32,000 nucleotides of DNA from an uncultured archaeon (lineage in GTDB: Archaea > Asgardarchaeota > Thorarchaeia > Thorarchaeales > Thorarchaeaceae). Of this stretch, positions 27,192 to 32,000 are shown in pieces (position 1 is the first letter of the stretch; each line of letters opens with the position of its first letter). The stretch covers positions 360,001 to 392,000 of the forward strand of contig CAZYLT010000001.1 in assembly GCA_964648855.1 (NCBI GenBank), given 5' to 3'. Both the position numbers and the translations under genes were made by a program. Under the pieces are notes generated by a model. It was not told the DNA's origin. It saw nothing but the letters and a program-made list of their open reading frames with translations, and searched no databases.

Positions 27192-27773
27192 ATGAACGAG
27201 AAAGAAATCCAGTCCAATGAAGAACGTTTGTTTGATATCGGAGCACTGTTTCGGAGTTCGGCAATAATCACTCTTGTCGTCCAGATAGTGTCTGTCATTG
27301 TCATGCTAGGTTCGATTTCCGCATTTTATCTAGACGAGTTCATTCCCGGGCTGAGCGAAGATATCCGAGTTCTTCTGCTTTTGGTTGGCAGTATCATCAC
27401 ACTGATGATTTTCCTTATTGCTTTCAGTTTCTTCTGGCGCTTTTCTAGAAGAATCAGTAACGCTGTGATTGGGCCGGGAGTAGAAGTAGTTGATGTTGAT
27501 AAGCCACGAGTCAAAAGTGTAGTGTACACATATGGTCTAATGGTTGGTTTGGTCGGAATTACAGGCATATACCTGTGGTACCTAATCCATAAGTACTACT
27601 TGGCACCCTGGGCCGCATCTTATGACTCTATATCGCTATTGGTATTTAGTCTGGCTTTGGGAGCATTCTTCATTGCACTTCTCATTCAGATTATTATAGC
27701 AATAGTAGGTCGCACTGCCTCAAGAATAATCTTCGAGGTCCTCGATTCGGATGACTCTGAGTTCCTAGAGTAG
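27192..27773 (+). CDS. 4-TM membrane protein of unknown function
   Basis: Four hydrophobic segments; SD-like GGTGAG immediately before ATG 27192. Confidence 0.75.
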   Translation: MNEKEIQSNEERLFDIGALFRSSAIITLVVQIVSVIVMLGSISAFYLDEFIPGLSEDIRVLLLLVGSIITLMIFLIAFSFFWRFSRRISNAVIGPGVEVVDVDKPRVKSVVYTYGLMVGLVGITGIYLWYLIHKYYLAPWAASYDSISLLVFSLALGAFFIALLIQIIIAIVGRTASRIIFEVLDSDDSEFLE

Positions 27774-27796
27774 TAGCTCTAGGACTCGTCATCTTC

Positions 27797-28081
27797 TTAG
27801 GAAGGAGATTGTATGTCTTCAAAGATTACTTCTTCAGATGGCATTCTATGTTAGCCTGCTTCAAGCATTTTCTTCTCTTTTACTCATAGAGCCTTGTGTG
27901 TTGTGTAGATGCCTATAACAAGAACAAATTCTACCAATGCTCCAATTTGACCTGCAATAACTTGACCCGCAAAGAGAAGGGCTATCAATAGACGGGGCAG
28001 CTATAATCTCACTGCTATCAGTCGTCCTACTACAGCAAGGTTTCTTCCGCTCGCTTCTTCATCGCTCACAGTGTATTTCAT
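27797..28081 (-). pseudogene. Possible small membrane-protein pseudogene with three in-frame stops
   Basis: A single frame reads MKYTVSDEEASGRNLAVVGRLIAVRL*LPRLLIALLFAGQVIAGQIGALVEFVLVIGIYTTHKAL*VKEKKMLEAG*HRMPSEEVIFEDIQSPS*. Confidence 0.35.
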
Positions 28082-28176
28082 ATTATCAAGAACAATAACG
28101 GTTTTGTCCAGTTACGAAAATGCATCTTAGTGAATATTTTTCTGTTACTAAAACACATGTACCGTGTGGTTACTTG

Positions 28177-29463
28177 ATGAAAGTCAGTCTTGCATATGGA
28201 AGAGAAAAGGTAGAACTTGAGATTCCTAAGAAGAATCTTGCAGATGTTATTGAACCAAGGAATCCCGAAACCATAGCTGATGTGGAGGAGGAACTGAATC
28301 GTGTTCTTGACAATCCACATGGCCCGATGCTTGAGGATCTCAGTCGTGGGAAGAGTGTCTGCGTCCTCGTAGAAGACCATACACGTGATGAGCCACATTG
28401 GGAACTTCTGAATACGACCGTTCCACGCCTAAAGGATGCAAGTATGGTCCAATTCATTATCACTACTGGATCGCACGAGGTCAAGCATACAGGAAATCTC
28501 GAAATAGTGGAGATGATTCATCGAGCAGCACGCTCAGCCAAGTTAGAAAACTATGATGTGGTCATCAACGATTGCCAAAGTGAAGATGTGACAGACCTAG
28601 GAACGACATCAAGAGGAACTCCCGTCATAATAAATGATGCAGCAGTAGGTCACGGACTCTTCGTGCCTCTTGCAGACATGAAGGCACACTATTTCGCTGG
28701 TTACTCTAATGCTCTGAAGGACTTCTTACCAGGTATCTGCGCGTTTGACAGCATAGAAGCGAATCACTCCATGGCACTTGATGTCAATTCCACTTTTGGC
28801 CGTCATCCCTATCACCCCAATGAAGATAGAAGAAATAACCCACTGGCTGATGATATGAGAGAAGCGTTTGAGATGATTACGAAGGATGCACGGGTCTTTA
28901 CGTTGTCAGTCATTTCAGCAGGTGAGGAGATAGCATGGGCCGATGCCGGTGAAGTAAAACCGGTGATTGCTAGCGGAATTGAGGTGTTGGACGAAACTAC
29001 AAGTTTCACCATCAAGCCAACCCCTAGGATAGTCGTATCTCCAGGCGGTTATCCGCAGGACAAGAGCTTGTATCATGCACAGAGGGGATTAGAGCTTACC
29101 AAGAATGCTGTATCCGATGGAGGAGAGATTCTGTTCCTAGCAGAGTGTAGAGATGGTATTGGTCCCGGCTCTGCAATTGAGAATTTCTACAACAAACTGA
29201 CGATGCCACTTGATCGAGTGATAGATAGCATAAGTGACGAGTACAAACTCTATCAGCATAAGGCGTACAAATTTGCCCAATTGCTCAAACGCGTAAGCTC
29301 CATAGACATGTACACAGACTTGGAAAAGGATGATGTGGAAGCTGCTCATCTCAATAAGGTTTTCAATCCACAGGAAACTATTGATAGGTGGCTTGAAGAA
29401 GATCCTGATGTGAAGGTCACAGTTTTGGATAAAGCTAACAAAATAGCAGTCTACGCGTCTTAG
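28177..29463 (+). CDS. larA: Nickel-pincer-dependent lactate racemase family protein (LarA homolog)
   Basis: MKVSLAYG, EDHTR, TGSH, LGTTSRGTPV, HYFAGYS..LK.FLPG, ANH, SPGGYPQD, AECRDGIG. ATG at 28177. Confidence 0.88.
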   Translation: MKVSLAYGREKVELEIPKKNLADVIEPRNPETIADVEEELNRVLDNPHGPMLEDLSRGKSVCVLVEDHTRDEPHWELLNTTVPRLKDASMVQFIITTGSHEVKHTGNLEIVEMIHRAARSAKLENYDVVINDCQSEDVTDLGTTSRGTPVIINDAAVGHGLFVPLADMKAHYFAGYSNALKDFLPGICAFDSIEANHSMALDVNSTFGRHPYHPNEDRRNNPLADDMREAFEMITKDARVFTLSVISAGEEIAWADAGEVKPVIASGIEVLDETTSFTIKPTPRIVVSPGGYPQDKSLYHAQRGLELTKNAVSDGGEILFLAECRDGIGPGSAIENFYNKLTMPLDRVIDSISDEYKLYQHKAYKFAQLLKRVSSIDMYTDLEKDDVEAAHLNKVFNPQETIDRWLEEDPDVKVTVLDKANKIAVYAS

Positions 29464-30980
29464 ATGTTGTCCAGTCTTATTTCAGATATCGCACGGTATA
29501 GTCGCCTATATTTTTCATAGGCTCTATCATAGACCGCCCTATTTTCGGTGGTTGGCTTCAGTTGGTCTTTTGGTCGAACCATCTCTCGCGCCGCATCTGG
29601 AATCGATTTGAAGATGCCAACACCATAGCAAGCAAGAATTGCGGCGCCTAAGGCGGTTGCCTCCTCCAATTCAGTCCTGATTACGGGAACACCAAGCACA
29701 TCAGCCTGTATTTGCATCCATGTTTCACTGCGTGCTGCACCACCAGTCACTCTGACTTCATCGGATGGTATTCCAAGGGACCTCATCACCTTTAGATTGG
29801 CACGAATCTCATAGCAAACGCCTTCCAAAACGGAGCGAATCATGTGGCTGCGAGTATGCCCTAGAGCGAGTCCAGCAAAGACACCACGGGCATGTGGATT
29901 CCAGTAGGGCGCGCCCGCTCCAACAAGGTGAGGTATGTGGATTACTCCCTCTGAGCCCGGGGCTATTTGCTCAGCTTCAGCGGTCATAATGTCATATGGG
30001 TCCATGTTCCTCTTTTCTGCAATATTGCACTCTTCTGTAGCAATATTATCCCGCACCCAACGAAGAGCTGAACCAGTCGTGAACATGCTTGCCTCCACGA
30101 CATATGACCCTGGAACCACGTGGCGACTACAGAGAACCCTTCTCTCGTTGTCCAACCGAATCCTATCAGAATGGGCAAGAATGAAGGTTCCTGTCCCTGT
30201 TGTAGCCTTTATCATTCCCTCTTCAACAACTCCAACACCCAAAGCAGCACACTGCTGATCGCCGCCTCCTGCGATAATGGGCGTCCCTGCCTCGATACCC
30301 ATTGAGCCAGCAGCGTCAGTGGTAAGCTCCCCCGCTTTTGTACCAGGAGACATTGGTATGGGCAGCTTTTTGCTGGGTATCTCCAGCTCATCTAACATTA
30401 GATCAGACCATTGAGATGTATCTATATTAAAGAGAAGTGTACGACTTGCATTCGAGTAATCAGTGACAAAGTTTCCTGTCAACTTGTGAATGAGGTAATC
30501 ATGAACAAGGAGAAATTTATGCGTCTTGTGGAAAACCTCTGGTTCGTTGTCTTTGATCCACAGGATTTTCGGTGCAGAAAAATAGGGATCTACTGTCAAC
30601 CCAGTTGTTTCATAGATTTTCTCAGCGGGAATCGTTGCGCGGATTGCATCACATTGTACAGTGGTTCTTCGATCCTGCCAAACTATAGCGTTTCTGAGAG
30701 GAACACCACTTTCATCAACGGGAACGATTGTTTCTCTCTGATTCGTGATACTGATTCCAACGATGTCCTCACCTGAGAGTTTGCTTTCCTTGAGTGCGAG
30801 CTGGGTTGTACCTGTTGCTGTTGACCACCAAGCATTGGCGTCTTGCTCCACCCATGAGGGACGTGGATACATGCTCGTGAATTCATCATAAGCGCTCGCC
30901 TTCACTTCACCATTTGTATCAAAAATGATGGAACGTACGCCGGATGTACCAGCATCAATGGCTAGGACATATTCGACCAT
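29460..30980 (-). CDS. FGGY-family carbohydrate kinase (xylulokinase/glycerol kinase-like)
   Basis: IDAGTSGVR, WVEQD, TNQRET, WQDRR, TDYSNASRT, GGGDQQ, GAPYW, TGG and EATALGAA. Confidence 0.93.
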   Translation of the reverse strand: MVEYVLAIDAGTSGVRSIIFDTNGEVKASAYDEFTSMYPRPSWVEQDANAWWSTATGTTQLALKESKLSGEDIVGISITNQRETIVPVDESGVPLRNAIVWQDRRTTVQCDAIRATIPAEKIYETTGLTVDPYFSAPKILWIKDNEPEVFHKTHKFLLVHDYLIHKLTGNFVTDYSNASRTLLFNIDTSQWSDLMLDELEIPSKKLPIPMSPGTKAGELTTDAAGSMGIEAGTPIIAGGGDQQCAALGVGVVEEGMIKATTGTGTFILAHSDRIRLDNERRVLCSRHVVPGSYVVEASMFTTGSALRWVRDNIATEECNIAEKRNMDPYDIMTAEAEQIAPGSEGVIHIPHLVGAGAPYWNPHARGVFAGLALGHTRSHMIRSVLEGVCYEIRANLKVMRSLGIPSDEVRVTGGAARSETWMQIQADVLGVPVIRTELEEATALGAAILACYGVGIFKSIPDAAREMVRPKDQLKPTTENRAVYDRAYEKYRRLYRAISEIRLDNI

Positions 30981-31323
30981 CTAAACCACTGACTTGTCTA
31001 AGCGTTCACCCTTGATAAGAAGTATTCGAATTCTCTCAAGAAATGAGACACTCATTTGATGGATTAAGGTTACTTGTTATGTTTCAATGAATGAGAGCTC
31101 GTATGATTTGACTGTGAATAGTTGATTCTTTTGTGCTTTATCAGTGATGGTCTTCTCTGAAAGCAATCTGATGGTCGGTACAGCTTAGTAGACTGGTTAA
31201 TGGGTCAGTGGACTGCTCTCCTGAACCAGCATTTGAACACCATATTGTTTCATTCAAGGTTGAGGAGGACCACCGATGAATGATGCAGTGTATGGCAGGT
31301 CATGTGGCAATATCAAGCCTGGA

Positions 31324-32000
31324 TTACATAGTTCTTTTTTTCATTTGTTCCTGCACAAATTTTCTAATCTCATCTGCAAAGAAAATCGAACTGGATACTG
31401 AGATGATTACCATCCAATCCCACATAGATAGCGCGGTGGTCCCTAGTACCGCCTGGAAGAAGGGTAGAATAGTGGTTAAAACCAGCAACAATACAGAAGT
31501 CATTATTGCAATATAGAGGTATTTGTTAGTCAGAAGCCCAAGGCTAAAGAACGATTTGGTCCGTGACCTGCAGTTAAGGGAGTTAAATACTTGGAACATA
31601 GCTAGGGTCGTGAACCCGAGGGTCTGTGCTCTGATAAGCCCTCCAGTGGCGTAACCTTCAGCAAAGACCCATAATGTTCCAATAACCATGAAGACGCTTG
31701 CGTAGAGGATGTTTAGGAGAATCTCTCCATTCACTATATTGGTAGTAGGATCCCTCGGAGGTTCTTTCATGACATCGTCTTCTTTGGGTTCCATAGCTAG
31801 AGTAACATCAAGAATTCCGTCTGTAACTAGGTTTACCCAGAGTATCTGTATGGGAGCAAGAATCAAGGGGGTAGCAGGCAGGAGAATCAGGGCCACTAGT
31901 ATTATCAAATCCTCTCCAATATTCGTGCTGAGAAGATATTTCACAACTTTCTGTATGTTTTTGAATACCACACGCCCTTCTTCGACTGCACTGACTATGC
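31324..32000 (-). CDS. Cation-transporting P-type ATPase (P2 type), C-terminal part; 5' end outside the window
   Basis: IVSAVEEGR, YLLSTNIGE (M5), QILWVNLVTDG (M6), MKEPPR, FQVFNSLNCRS (M8). Confidence 0.93.
   Translation of the reverse strand, partial: IVSAVEEGRVVFKNIQKVVKYLLSTNIGEDLIILVALILLPATPLILAPIQILWVNLVTDGILDVTLAMEPKEDDVMKEPPRDPTTNIVNGEILLNILYASVFMVIGTLWVFAEGYATGGLIRAQTLGFTTLAMFQVFNSLNCRSRTKSFFSLGLLTNKYLYIAIMTSVLLLVLTTILPFFQAVLGTTALSMWDWMVIISVSSSIFFADEIRKFVQEQMKKRTM

Noticed and set aside
27797-28081. Selenocysteine or pyrrolysine readthrough
   Set aside because: Includes a TAA stop, no catalytic context, no SECIS seen.
30981-31323. Possible C/D-box sRNA (GTGATGG...CTGA...CTGA)
   Set aside because: C box is non-canonical and box spacing is unconvincing.

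Overview
Gene-dense archaeal chromosomal segment, most likely from an Asgard archaeon (Thorarchaeota-like). This is inferred from a strongly Rab-like GTPase, archaeal-type PyrF/TrmI/GlmM, TATA-type leaderless promoters and many lineage-specific hypothetical proteins. Gene order: partial ATP-NAD kinase (missed by the ORF track), tandem Lrp-like wHTH regulator, secreted protein, and S8 protease (the last two share a duplicated promoter/operator), hypothetical protein, Rab-like GTPase, alpha/beta hydrolase, glmM, a small coiled-coil/Pro-Gly-rich protein ending in an Ena/VASP-FAB/WH2-like helix, a complete bacillithiol set (bshB, bshA, bshC), a class I aminotransferase with a twin palindromic operator, pyrF, membrane proteins, NUDIX, a stand-alone HerA/DUF87 ATPase, trmI, an SLC13 permease, a two-gene wHTH unit behind four phased 10-bp repeats, a 772-aa all-helical protein, a LarA-family racemase, an FGGY kinase and the 3' end of a P2-type ATPase. 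No rRNA, tRNA, CRISPR array or transposase was recognised. Top leads: the candidate actin-binding protein at 8804-9235, the archaeal bacillithiol pathway with unusual BshB/BshC features, and several unannotated cis-regulatory motifs. All family calls come from motif recognition; no database search was run.
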